From: Carpediemonas membranifera BICM | Lineage: Eukaryota; Protista; Fornicata | Assembly: GCA_019828565.1 (NCBI GenBank) | Contig: JAHDYR010000007.1 | Span: 967,531 to 1,031,530, forward strand | Length of the DNA: 64,000 bases | Direction of reading: 5' to 3' | Shown here: positions 11,289-23,369 of the stretch, in pieces | Layout of the letters: each line of letters begins with the position of its first letter | How positions within the stretch are numbered: position 1 is the first letter of the stretch | Program-made: the position numbers and the translations under genes | The notes under the pieces: generated by a model | Database searches by the model: none | What the model was told of the DNA's origin: nothing | The model's input: the letters and a program-made list of their open reading frames with translations, nothing else

Positions 11289-13171
11289 ATGGGGCGTAAA
11301 GCACGTAAGGAAGCACGTCAGGCTGAGCTGGTGAAGGCAGCTGTTGCGGAGGTTACTGTTACGCCTGGTACTACCACTAGTGGTACAGTGGAGGAGCCCG
11401 TCGTCACCGTTGAAGTCCAGCGGAAGCAGCTCCAAGCCGAGGACCCCATCGACACCTCGCTGTCTGTCACAGGAAAGCTTGCCACGAGACCTACGTCGAA
11501 CGACGTCAAGATCACGTCGTACAGCCTCCAGGCCTTTGGCCAGACCTTCGTTGACGACTCTACGCTCGACCTGTCCCGCAGCCGCATCGGTCTGCTCGGC
11601 CACAACGCATCGGGGTCCACCACGCTGCTCAGGTCTATTGCTGAGCGCGAGATCCCGATCCCAGAGCACCTGGACATCTTTTTCCTTGACCGTGAGGCGC
11701 CCCCCGTCGACATGACGCCCGTGGAGTTCCTGACCGAGGACACCAAGAAGGTCCACGCCGAGCTCGAGGCTGAGGCTAACAAGATTGTGCTCGAGAACCC
11801 CAACGATCCCCGCCTTTCCGACCTGTACGAGCGGATCGAGGAGACCGAGCCAGACCTTGCCATCGCGAAGGCCACCCGCCTCCTCATGGGCCTCCAAGTG
11901 AACAAGCGCATGCGTGGCATGAAGTGCCACGAGTTCTCCGGCGGTTGGCGCATGAGAGTTGCACTGGCCAAGGCGCTCATGTTCCAGCCGGCCATCCTCC
12001 TGCTCGATGATCCCACCGCTCACCTCGACCTCGAGGCCGTCATCTGGCTCGAGCAGGAGCTGTCGCAGTTCCCCAACTGCATGGTGCTCGTATCCCACTC
12101 GGCCGATTTCTTGGACGCCGTCTGCAACAAGATCTGCGTGCTGGAGAACAAGAAGCTGTCCTACTATAACGGCAACTACACCACCTTCCTCAGGGCCAAG
12201 AAGGACCGCGATATCGCCCAGATGAGCTCGTACAATAGAGAGCAGGCCCAGATCAAGAGCCTGCAGTCCTACATCGACAAGTACGGCCACGGTGATGCCA
12301 AGCACGTCAAGCAGGCCAAGTCCAGGGAGAAGAAGATCGCCCGTATGGAGGAGGCGGGTCTGACTGACCGCGTCACCGTCGCCAAGACCGTCACATTCCA
12401 GTTCCCGCCGTGCACTCCCCTCCCTCCGCCCGTGCTGCAGATCAACAACGTCAGGTTCGGTTACCCGAACTCCGCCGTGCTTTACGAGAACCTGTGGTCC
12501 TCCCTGGACATGGACTCTAGAGTATGCCTGGTCGGGCCCAACGGCAGCGGTATGTATCTCCCACGCATGGTAACACAGGAAAGTCGACGCTGATGAAGCT
12601 CTTTGCCCGCGAGCTGCACCCCCTGGCTGGCCAGGTCGTCGCCCACACTCACTGCAGGGTGGGCCACTACCACCAGCACCTCGCAGACGCCCTCGACCTA
12701 CGCATGACCCCCCTTGAGTTCATCGCCAGCAAGGACACAACCCAGCCCGCGGATCCAGACCGTGTACGGAGCCTGCTCGGGCAGTTTGATATCAGCGGGA
12801 CCGCCCAGACGATGTCGATGGCCAGACTAAGCGGCGGTCAGCTCGTGAGGGTGTGCTTCGCCTGGCTGGCCGTGCAGCAGCCTAACATCCTGCTCCTCGA
12901 CGAGCCCAGTAACGGCCTCGATCTTGACACGATCGACGCGCTCGCCTCTGCAATCAACGCGTTCGAGGGCGGCGTCCTCGTCATCTCTCACGACTTCAGA
13001 CTCGTCAACCAAATTGCCAAGGAGATCTGGATCTGCGACAACGGACAGATCGTGAAGTTCCCGTCATCCAAGACCATTATGGACTATAAGGAGGACATGA
13101 GAAAGGGGCTCGAGGTCAAGCTCGAAAGGAGGAAACGCGTTATGAACTCACTCGGCGCTGGTCGGAAGTAA
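11289..13171 (+). CDS. ABCF2: ABC-F family ATPase (ABCF2/Arb1-like; intron 12550-12578)
   Basis: Two NBDs and no TM segments; FSGGWRMRVALA, PtIM linker KQAKSREKK; a 29-nt intron splits Walker A GPNGS|GKST. Confidence 0.9.
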
Positions 13172-13360
13172 ACGGATTCATTATGAGCGGTGAGGGCAAA
13201 ACTGCGAATCTGAAGACAATTTTAGACTTGGTGATTTGCTCTCAACCAGTGACAGAATCTGATCGAAATGCACGCCTAACAACTTCGGAACATGACATGG
13301 GCTTGTGATATCGGCCCGTATCAAAGATACGGAAATCACAAGATTCGACATATATGCCTG

Positions 13361-13615
13361 TCATACTCCAAAGTCGAGCAGGATGACGCCTAAGGTAAAA
13401 AGTAAGGTAAACTCTACGAGCACCAGTGGGACATACTGAATGATTCCTCGCGTGCGGGGAATGCCACTCGGCCCAGTCGCTGAAGAGATCTCACTCGACC
13501 CTCGGTAGTCGTGGTCGACATGAACCTCAGCCTTAAACGGACCCACTGGGTCTTCCTTCAGGTTGTCGGCCCTGGCTGCGGAGACAGAGGAGAAGTATCT
13601 GCCAAGAGCTCTCAG
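13361..13615 (-). pseudogene. 3' half of the gene disrupted by Gypsy A (ends in a hydrophobic TM-like segment)
   Basis: Joining 49320+ to 13611 across the TCAG TSD gives a continuous frame ...AGKHEIL|RALGRYF...LVLVEFTLLFTLGVILLDFGV*. Confidence 0.6.
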
Positions 13616-13665
13616 TGTGGCGTTGGCTTAAAGCAAAAAGGTGTTTATCAATTGATTACTCCACA
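13616..13665 (-). repeat. 3' LTR of Gypsy A (50 bp)
   Basis: Follows the polypurine tract AGGGAGGGCAG, starts TGTGG, ends CCACA, abuts the TSD. Confidence 0.8.
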
Positions 13666-13912
13666 CTGCCCTCCCTGAGCAGCCGAGGGTGCTTCGTCAG
13701 GTAAGCTTTGGCGGCCGGCGTATGTGCAAGCGCCTCGACTGGCTCTGTCGTAATCGCGTCGGACCCGACCCAGCGGACCTTGAGTAAACCGTCGCGGGTG
13801 TGACCCACGATCTTATCTACGAACCACTCTTCTTGGTCGCTCGAAGCGAGGTAAGCGAGCTCGCTCTCTTTGAGATCCGTCTTAAGAGGTATAAGGTGAG
13901 ACAGGTGCACTG
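13656..13912 (-). CDS. Gypsy A integrase C-terminus and chromodomain
   Basis: VHLSHL, WFVDKIVGH..LKVRWVG..TTEP; plausibly continues the pol that stops at 18076 (DKGQL|TVHLSHL). Confidence 0.8.
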
Positions 13913-16900
13913 TCCATAAAGGCGACGCCCAAGCCGAAGGAGACTATCCGCACGTACCGCAAGCTGATCCAGAACACAGCACTCGCAGAGGACCTGAAGA
14001 GGGAGGGTGTCAGCGACGATACCCTCGAGAAGGTTCAGGCCCGGGCAGCGGAACTCGCCGAGGACTACGATGAGTGCATCGCGAAGGCGCTTCGCACTGG
14101 CCTGGTCACCCGACCGGGAAAGAAGGCCAAGACCCGGCAAGATGAGCCGGTTGAGCGGAAGGAGGCTCAGACATCGTCTCAAGGCGCGGGTGTACGGGAG
14201 GCCAGGTTCAAGTGTTATGCTTGTGGCGGAGTGGGTCACAAGGTTGGCCGCTGCCAGGCTAAGGATGCGGAGCTGCTCCACGGCTGGTACCGGGAGTACG
14301 ACAAGGACAAGAAGCAGTACGGCCGACTGACCCGGGGCCCTATCCCCGAAGGTCACCCGCGGTGGAAAGAAAGAAAGAAAGAAATTTATGGTGCTTGGAT
14401 TCTGACCCCGGACTGAGCTTGTTTCCCGTTGTCTTGGAGCTGAGTGCCCCGGGGTACTGCCTATTTCCCGTGGCAAACTGGTCAGCAGCGTTTGCCTTGG
14501 GCTTTCGGTGCTACTGTCTCCGCGGAAAGCCGATTCCAATCGCCCCAGAGGCCCTGCGGCCATCTCCGTGCAAATATGCTTTCCTGTCTCCCTGAAAGTC
14601 CGGCAACTATCCGGGGAGCCTGGGGGTCTGTCCTCGGGGCATTGACAGGCAGGATCACCCGCGGTGGAAGGTGCAGTCTGTAAAGGCTGAGAAGTACGCA
14701 CACACGTGGGAGTTGGTTATGGATGTTCGCGTGAATCCGAAGAAGCCGGCGGTGCGGATGCGCGTCGGCCCCGACACGCGGGCGAACGTTGCTGTGGCGA
14801 GCCCAGCCTGGGTCGCCGCACTGGTGCACGCAGGGGCACGAGAGGTCACCCCTCCGGACGACCTGGTGATCCAGACTTTCACAGGAGACGGACGAAGACC
14901 AGACAATGCGTGCGAGGTATGGATCGGGCGATCGAAGGCCCGAGGGCTCGGCACGTATGTGCAGGCACGGGTGACCGTGTATGGGTGTGCCGGAGTGACA
15001 GACACGCTGATTCCGTTCCAAACGGTCAAGGACTTGGGCCTGTTGGCAGAGGACACGGACGACGCGGACGAGGGCGAAGTAGAGGCCGAGCTAGTGGAGG
15101 AGATGTTCCGGGTGCAGCAGGCACATGCGGAACTCCGGCACAGTCTGGCCGAGAAGGACCCTCAGCTTAGCTCAATGCTGACTGAGTTCGGCGAGGTGTT
15201 CGGGCCGCTAGGGCCAGAGCCGGCAAAGGCGCCGCCTTACCCGATCGACCTAATGACGGAGCAAGAGATTCGAGAACCCGCGAGACAGCTATCTCCCGTG
15301 ATGGAAGAGGTGGCGCAGAATCAGGTGGAAGAGTGGCTCAGGCAGGGTATAGTGCGGAGGTCGACGTCCGGCTACGCGTCACCTATCGTATTGGTTAAGA
15401 AGAAGAATGGCACGTGGCGACTATGCGTCGACTACCGCCGGCTGAATGCGACAACGAAGACCCTGGCCGCGCCCGTGAAGGACGTGAAGAGACTACTAGC
15501 CCAATTGGCGGGGGCAAAGCTGTTCTCGACACTGGACCTCACATCGGGATATAATCAGTTCGCAGTTCGGGAGCAAGACCGCGCGAAGACGGCGTTCATC
15601 ACGCCGTTCGGCCTGTTCGAGTTCGAGAGACTGCCGTTCGGGTTGAAGAATGCTCCTGCGTTCTTTCAGACGGCGATGGACGACGTACTCAAGGGAATTC
15701 CCGGTGTGTTGGTATATATTGACGACATCCTGATAATGGCGAACTCACGGGAAGAGATGAGAGATCGAATCAGGACTGTGCTTGACCGACTCAAGAAGCA
15801 CGGGCTGCGCGCGAACCTGGAGAAGTGCAGGTTTGCCCAGTCGAGCGTGGAGTTCCTCGGACACATTGTCGACCAGGACGGTGTCAGGATCAGTGACGAC
15901 AAGGTTCGGGCAGTGCAAGAGTTCGAGCGGCCGACCACCCAGAAACAGCTGCGGAGGTTATTGGCTTGGCGAACTGGTTCAGGGGGTTCACCCCCGACCT
16001 AGCGATGCATTTGGCCCCACTGAATGACGCACTCAAGGACCGACAGACGGCCTGGACAGACGAGAGGCAAGCCGCGTTCAGCGATGTGAAGAGAGCGATC
16101 GCGGACCACCTGAAGCTGACACACATCGACTATAAGAAGCCGTTGATAGTCAGAACAGACGCGTCGGACATCGGTCTGGGAGGGATTCTATGCATGGAGA
16201 CGGACAAGGGCGAGGAACCAGTCGCTGTCTATAGCCGGGCGTTCAGAGGGGCAGAGACACGATGGACTGTGGGTGAGAAAGAGTGCTGTGCTATCGTTGA
16301 GTGCGTGCGGCGCTGGAGAATGTACCTACAGGGCTATCCTTTCCGCCTAGAGACGGACCATCGGAACTTGCTATATATGGAGCGGAAGGCCGCGAGTCAG
16401 AAGGTGCAACGCTGGAAGCTACTGCTGCAGGAATTCAGTTTCAACGTGGTTCACGTTGCTGGAGAGAAGAATGTAGTGGCGGATGCGCTGTCACGGGCAT
16501 TTGTACAGCAAGTAAGGAGCGATAGACCCGCTAGGACCCGTAGACCACCGCAGCGACTGATGGACGATGAGTTTTACCAGATAGCGAGCGACGACGAAGA
16601 CTCACCAGTGCAGGATAGCGCGGAGGAAGAAGTCGAAGTCGAGGAACCCAGAGAGGATCACTCTCGCGAGGCACAGGCCGACGCCGAGCGGCGCCGAGAG
16701 ATGAGCCTACGGGCATCGCGGGGCGAGCTGACGGAGGATGACAAGGTGCAACTGATCACATGGGCACACCAGGGCGAGGGCGAACACCTGGGGCGTCTGT
16801 CGACGTACCACACGCTTAAGCACAAGGGGGTACCACTGGAAGGGAATGTGGGACCAGGTGCAGATGTTTGTCTCGACCTGTACCTGTCAGAAGCTTGCCT

Positions 16901-18054
16901 CGGTCGATACTGTGAAGTTGAAGATGGGCACAGAGATGGTTGACGGCCCGATGCAGAAGGTAGCAATCGATACTATGAAGGTGACGCCGGAGAGCGAGGA
17001 GGGTCACAAGTACGTGTTCGTAATGGTGGACCTATTCTCCCGGTGGCTGGAGATCTTCCCGACCAAGGACAAGACAGCGGAGTCAGCAGCAGAGGCTGTA
17101 ACATGGTGGATTGCGCGTCACGGACCCATGAAGACTCTGCATTCCGATCAAGGGACGGAGTTCCTCAACGAGACTATCAAGGAGATCCTGCAACGTTTCG
17201 GCTCTGGCCAGACGACGACATTCCCGTACCATCCCCCTGGGAACGGAGGGTGTGAGCGGGCGAATCGCAGGGTATTATCACGGTTGCGGGGTATGGTGTT
17301 GGATTGGGGCGAGCCTGAGCAGTGGCACAAGTATATCCCCATAGTCCAGCGACAGCTGAATACTGAGTTCTGTAGCGCCACAGGGACGACAGCCGCAGCT
17401 ATTATGCAAGGCATGTTCGGCCCAGAGCCGCATGGCACTATGCCAAGGGCGGTGGAGGCGAAGATCCAACTGGACGTAGAGGAGGCGGATCAGGAGCAGC
17501 AACTATTCATACGGGACGTTCGGAAGCAAGCCAATGAGGTACAGCAGCGTTTGTTGGCCCAACGTGAGCGGCGCATGCAGGGTTGGACAGTGCCGTCCTG
17601 GACAGTGGGACAACTAGTCATGGTACTACCAGGAGTGCGAACAGCGAAGCTATTGCCGACATGGAAGGGACCGTACAAGGTTCTGGGGGTAATGGAGCAT
17701 GGATGCAAGTTGCAGAGCCTGGAGGACACAAGTTTGCAGATTGACGTTCACAATGACCGCCTGAAGTCATTCCGAGCAGATCGACTGTCGGAACAGCAGT
17801 TAGTGGAGTTGAATGGGAGAGATGCTGCAGAGCTGATGGTGCTCCGGATTACGGACCATCGGGACTCCGAGGTCCAGGGCCGTGAGTACTGGGTCGAGTG
17901 GGCAGACGGGTCCAGCTCGTGGGAGCCCTACTACGTGGTGGCTCGGCTGGAGGCGCTAGATGCCTACTTGACTGCGGGTCAGCCACGGGAAGGCGGTGTA
18001 ATGTGATATTTATAGTTGGGTCTGCCCCGCAGGTTAAAGCAGTTCATTCGTTCA
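13913..18054 (+). mobile_element. Ty3/Gypsy chromovirus B, 5'-truncated (gag CCHC-PR-RT-RH-IN-chromo)
   Basis: CYACGGVGHKVGRC knuckle, DTRA protease-like site, LCVDYR/LPFGL/YIDD RT, TDAS RNase H, DDE integrase (IDTM, SDQG, CER), chromo YWVEWADG; two single-base frameshifts (~15960, ~16830); PPT then TGTAAT at 17997. Confidence 0.9.
14368..14654 (-). mobile_element. 5'-truncated LINE copy (3' UTR plus (TTTC)n tail) inserted in Gypsy B gag-pol
   Basis: Reverse complement of ~48124-48404; flanked by direct repeat TCACCCGCGGTGGAA (14353-14367 / 14655-14669); removal restores HPRW|KVQSV. Confidence 0.9.
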
Positions 18055-18072
18055 TTGAGGATCCTAGAAGAG

Positions 18073-21000
18073 CTACAACTGCCCTTTGTCGGCGAGGAGC
18101 GGTGTTACGACGGCATTGTAATCGTGCACTGTGACGACCTTGAATGGGCCTGCGTGACCGTGGAGCTTGGTCTCTTGAATATTCTTTCGAAGCACGAAGT
18201 CTCCTGGCTTCAGTTTGGTCTTCGTGGGAGCCTCTGCCCTCCCTTCACGGTGGCGCTTGGCCTTCTCGTGAAGTTGCGCGGACCGAACGAGCTTGCTGAG
18301 TAGAGTGTCGGTCGTGGTGAGGTACTCTGCGACTGAGTGGAGGGGGTTGTTGTCGGCGTAGTCCGAAGCGTCTTTCGGGCGGATCACCTGGCGTGAGGCC
18401 GCCGCTGTACCGTAAAGCAGCTCCATAGGGGTGAAGCCTGTCGTTGAGTGTGTCGTGGTGTTGAGGATCCAGGCTACATAGGGGAGTATGTGGGTCGACC
18501 ACTCGGAGAACTTGTCGAATTCGAGGGCTAGTACCCTCATGTGACGTTTGATTTCTCTGTTGACCCGCTCGACCAGCCCGTTGGACTGTGGGTGGAAGGG
18601 TGTGGTCTTGTGGTGGCTGGCGTTGAGCCTCTCGATGAGACCGGTGACGATTCTGTTGGCATATTCCGGTCCACCGTCAGTGTGTAAGACCTCTGGAATC
18701 CCGTGCCGGCAAATGATGGACCAGATGGCCGCCGCGGCCGAGTCGGCGTTGTTAGAAGGCGATGGTATGAGCTCGGTAAACCTGGTGAACATGTCGGTGA
18801 CTACGACTACGTAACGGTTACCGGCTGTGTCCTGACTGATGGGCCCGAGCGTGTCGACAGCGATCCTGGCGAAGGGCGCGTTGCTCGTGGTGGTGCCTAT
18901 CTTCACCTTCAGAAAGTTCTTGAGTCTGGTCTTCTGGCAGATCAGACATGAGTCGATAGCTGTACTGACGCTCTGCTCGAGGTTAGGCCAGTCCATGCCG
19001 CGGTCCCTGATCGCCTGAGCGGACTTCTTGACGCCCATGTGGAAACGATGACCCTCGCGTAGGGCTGCGGGCCGGCATGCAGCCGGGACGAAGATCCTGC
19101 CGCGGTAGCGGATGATCCCGTCGTTGTCAGTTGTGCAATGCTTTGACGGCTTCTCCTCTGGGTGGTCCTTCTGCGCAGCTATGACTGTCTCACGCAGTGT
19201 CTCAAGTGCGACCTCCTCTATGTCTGTCGGAACGTCGAACGGGTATCGCGATAGGAAATCAGCCGTGACGTTGTCTGACCCTGCGAGGTGCTCAATAGTG
19301 AAGTGGAACTCAAGCAGCGTCATGAGCCATCTGCGATGCTTTCGGTTCGTCGCCGCTTTTGCGTGTAATGCGACTAAATTCTTGTGGTCGGTCCTGACTG
19401 TAAGGTCCGGGTGTCCGATGAATAGTGGCTGAAGGTCTGGCCTTGTCAGGCAGTAGACTAGAGCGAAGAGCTCTTGGTCATAGGTTGACCATCTGCGCTG
19501 GACGTCCGAGAACGCCTTGCTGAAATAACTGACGACTCTCCAGCTGCCCTGTTCTAGCTGTAGCAGGATCCCACCCGCGCCTACGAGGCTGGCGTCTGTC
19601 TCGAGCCTCCATGGGAGCGATATGTCCGGTATGGCGAGCGTCTTCGCGTCTGCAAGTGAGTGGAGAACCTTCTCGAGCGCGTCCTTCTGAGCCTGGCCCC
19701 ACTTGACGGTAGCGTCCTTGCGGAGCAGCGCGTTAACGGGCTCGAGCAGCTCTTGGCTGGACGGTATGAACTCAGCAACATAGTTGATGTGACCAAGCAC
19801 TTGGCGGACCCCGTGGACATTAGTCGGCCTCGGTAGATCGCGGATTGCGGCGATGCGTGTGGGTGTGGGGCGTCTGCCCTCCGATGAGATGATCTCACCC
19901 AGCGCATGTACCTCCTTGTACCCGAAGTGGCACTTCTCAAGCCGTAGTCTGATGTTGTGGTCCTTCAGGATGCTGAGTGTGGACTTGATGGTGGCTAGGA
20001 GCTCTTCAGGAGTGCTCGCGCCTCCCATTATGTCGTCTATATAGTTGCGGACTCGGTTGTCGTAGACGGGCCTGAGTGTCTGGGCTACGGCGCGCTGAAA
20101 CTGCGCCGGCAGGTTACGAAGCCCGAAGGGGGCGAAGAGATACTCCTTGAACGCGCCTGGCACACGGAACGCGGTGAGGTAGACATCATCGGGTCTAACG
20201 GGCATCTGATGGAAGCCCTGTCGTAAGTCCATGGTGAAGAAGTAGCTCGACCCGACAAGATCTTGGACGAGGTGCTTGATGTCCGTCATGGGGAATGCGT
20301 CGGGGATCGTGTTCTTGTTGATGTCTCTGTAGTCGCAGCAGAGTCTCAGCGGCTTGCGCGTGGTTGCATCTGAGCGGCGGTCGACGATGACCACTGGGCT
20401 GGCGACGTGTCCGTGGGCGTCTCTGATGATGCCCTGTGCCTCCAAGTCGGCGAGTTGTTGGTTGACCTCATCTCTCCAAGCAGGGCGAATAGGCCGCGCG
20501 GCAGCCTGTGGTAGGTAGGCCCCGGGAACGAGGTCGATCGTGGCATGTGGCAGCTTGGCGCCGCCTGGTGCAAGCTTGGGAAGGAAGACGGTGTCTCTGT
20601 ACTTCTCCAGCTCGGACTCGAGCTCGTCCTCGAGGGGGAACTTCGGGTCTATGTCGAACGGAACGTGATCGGGCTCATCCACCTCGTCGACGTATTCATG
20701 GAGGCGCGAAGAGTCGTAGAGGTCGTCGCCGTCGTCTGAATTGCCGTCTTCGTCGAAGAGCTCGTCGATGAACTCGTGGGGGAACGGCGCAAACTCCGAT
20801 GTATCCTCGGTGGTCGTCGTTGGAAGTGAGATGTGGATGCCTTGATCCGTCATCAGGCCGATGTGGCGAAGGACATCAGCTCCTAGGAGCATCTTGCTGG
20901 ATTTTCCCGGGATGACGGGGATGATCCAAGAAAGCTGAACGGGATGTGGGATGATGTCAGCGATCGTAATAGTGGCTTCGATTGCTGTCTTATCCTCAAT

Positions 21001-21795
21001 CAGGCGTTGATCTGCCGCTTTGAGCTGTAAATCGTGCGTGGTGATCTTGATGTTGTCGTTTTGCTTCAGATCGTTGAATGTCTTGGCGGAAATGCACGTT
21101 CTTGCTGCAGCTGGATCTATCTTAGCTACTATCTCCGTGTTAGCGACCTTGATGGTGTGATAGATGGCTTTTCCCGAGGCGCGGTGATCTTCGACTTCGT
21201 CGATATCGGAGTCGGAGTCGGATGACTCGTAGAGCTCGTTGACGTCGCTCTCGAGGCGGTTAGTGTGAGCGTTGCGCTTCCAGGCCTTCCTGGGGCCTGA
21301 GTTCTGGGGGGTCAGCTTGGCGGGACTGATGGGTATGGCCCGAGGGCTGTGGCGGCGGATTGGGCCTTGTCTGGCCGCTCTGGCGCGGCTGTTGTCGTTG
21401 GCCTTGCTGTTGAGCCGGGCGCTGTTGGCCTTGCTGAGGGGTAAGACGTTGCTGGCCGGAAGGGCGGTCTGAGCTGTGGCTCAAGGCCTTGCACTGGGCC
21501 GAGGTGTGTGACGTGTTGTAGCCGTGGTAGTCGCAGTACTTCCTCAGGCTTCGGGGGATGAAGTACTTCGACTTATCCTTGAACTGGACATATGGGTCAT
21601 CGCCGCTGACCTTCCTTGCCTGCGGCTTTCTGCCTGCTGTCGTGGCGCTGTTGGGCTGGCTCTTGGCTGGCGGTTGGACCTTTTTCGCGGCGAATGCGCG
21701 CCAGGGCGTGATGATCATTCCGTCGTGGTCTTCGTCGAGTTCTGCGAGAGCGTCTAGAACGCTGTCGACGGTGCCATCGGCTTCTATCTCGGCCT
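18073..21795 (-). CDS. Gypsy A gag C-terminus and pol (PR, RT, RNase H, integrase)
   Basis: CDYHGYNTSHTSAQC knuckle, IDPAA protease-like site, LCCDYR/APFGL/YIDD, TDAS, HHCC zinc finger, VDTL/TDGG/VER; frameshift in a C run near 21308. Confidence 0.92.
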
Positions 21796-22268
21796 CAGTT
21801 CACCAATGATTTCAGCAAAGTGGAAACACTTCGATCATGGATGGACAAGGACCAACAGGCCTGGCCTATATGGATAGGGCAGTGCCCCATGGAGCTCAGA
21901 AGGAGCGGCCTTGGCCTCCTGTCTGAACATTCAAGGGTTGCTATCAGGGCATACCGCTGGGCGCGAGTGGGAGCTCCACGCCCATACCAAGGAATCAAAG
22001 TGTCTTCATGGAACGTATGTTTACAAGGAAAAGGAAAACAACCGTCGAGGGCCAGTGCTAGCACCGGCGGCTACATGGTTTTGTCAAGACCACAAGGAAG
22101 GAAGGGCAGCACAAAAGGGAAACAGGGGCCGTCGATAGAGGCTAAAAGGAGACTACGAACAAAGCAACAACAACTACACAGAAAGGCCCCGCTACTCAGA
22201 AAAGGGCGACGCATTTTTAGGACCGCGCCTTTTTGAAAGAATGGCCTATATAGTTCGGAGCATGGACA

Positions 22269-23008
22269 ATGGGAGAAACTGGAAGGCCTGGACGGAGACC
22301 TCACCCGGATATGTACATGTGGCCCGACTTTCGGACCCAAAAATTCCGACCCAGTTTATGGACTAGGAAAAGGGGAGAAATTTTGCACTCAACAATGCAG
22401 GTAGAAATACCGACAAGGATCAGGGATTCCACGCAGAAGCAGTGGGAGGACATCAGGGAACTACTGGACAGCTTCCTCGCTGAAAGGAACGATTCAAGGA
22501 CTCTACTTCTTCGTAGAACAGGCAAGTTTACAGGAAAGTCGCTCAATGCGAACTCCAAAGGACGCAAGGAAGTAATCATGAACGCCAGACGCATCCTCTT
22601 CGCAACCGGCGTCACTGACAACAAGGACATCATCCTCAGGAACCCATGCGGCATCCACGGCCTCCGCGACCTTTTCTACATGCTCACAGAGGCGCTCAAC
22701 CCCAGAGACGAGGAAGCAAAGGACATGGCACAGGCACTGGAGCCCAAGACGCTGAAAGCGGGCTTCACTGGCATGGCAAGATGGCCATCTGAGAAGGACA
22801 TCGAGACGGCGATCCTCAAGCCGAAGGAAGATGGGCCCATCGAATGGGATGTAGACAGGGACAGCGTCAAGAAGGCCGAAGGGTCGTTCATACTGGTATC
22901 AGGGGCTCATGGAGACGAGGCCGTAGAAGGCGTGCCTTACGACAAGGTATGGGATCCGGCAAACCAAGGCCCGGTCACCAGAGTGGCCTACGAGCAAGAG
23001 GACGGCAA
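22269..23008 (+). CDS. LINE ORF1, N-terminal part
   Basis: Rejoins in frame to 42210 after removing the transposon and one AA copy: EQEDG|KYRVILE. Confidence 0.8.
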
Positions 23009-23083
23009 CATACTGTCAACATCCCTAGATTATCTTTGCTAAACCCTAGATTATCTTCGACCTCAAAACGCTAGATAATCTAC
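23009..23083 (+). repeat. Left TIR (75 bp) with three TAGATTATCT motifs (two direct, one inverted)
   Basis: Reverse complement of 42133-42207 with one mismatch; also present at 53463-53537. Confidence 0.95.
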
Positions 23084-23265
23084 AATTTCTTGCTCAGAAA
23101 TGAAGTATTCATTAAATTTAAGCTATTTAGAGATAAACGAAGGTCTTCTTTAGAGTCTATATGATGTACGTAGAGCATGGAAAGAAGCTCTGGCTCTGAC
23201 TCCTTGCCTGGTTTGAGCATTTCGCCGTGCAGGTTAAGACGAAACGATAAAATGGACAATAACAG

Positions 23266-23369
23266 AAAATCTAACAGGTAGATTCACTACGATAGTGATT
23301 ATGTGAGTAGTTGAAAGGAGGTACATATGCGCATAATCACTTTCAGAGTGAATCTACCTGTTAGATTTT
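23266..23369. repeat. Subterminal long hairpin (23-bp plus 10-bp stems)
   Basis: AAAATCTAACAGGTAGATTCACT ... AGTGAATCTACCTGTTAGATTTT; inner AGTGATTATG/CATAATCACT; repeated at 53720-53823. Confidence 0.85.

Noticed and set aside
444-12305. Long antisense ORFs over host genes (e.g. 444-950, 9311-9949, 11238-12305)
   Set aside because: Shadows of GC3-biased sense genes
13302-13342. Hairpin at the gene/TE boundary as a Helitron end or LTR start
   Set aside because: No CTRR terminus, partner repeat or Rep/helicase nearby
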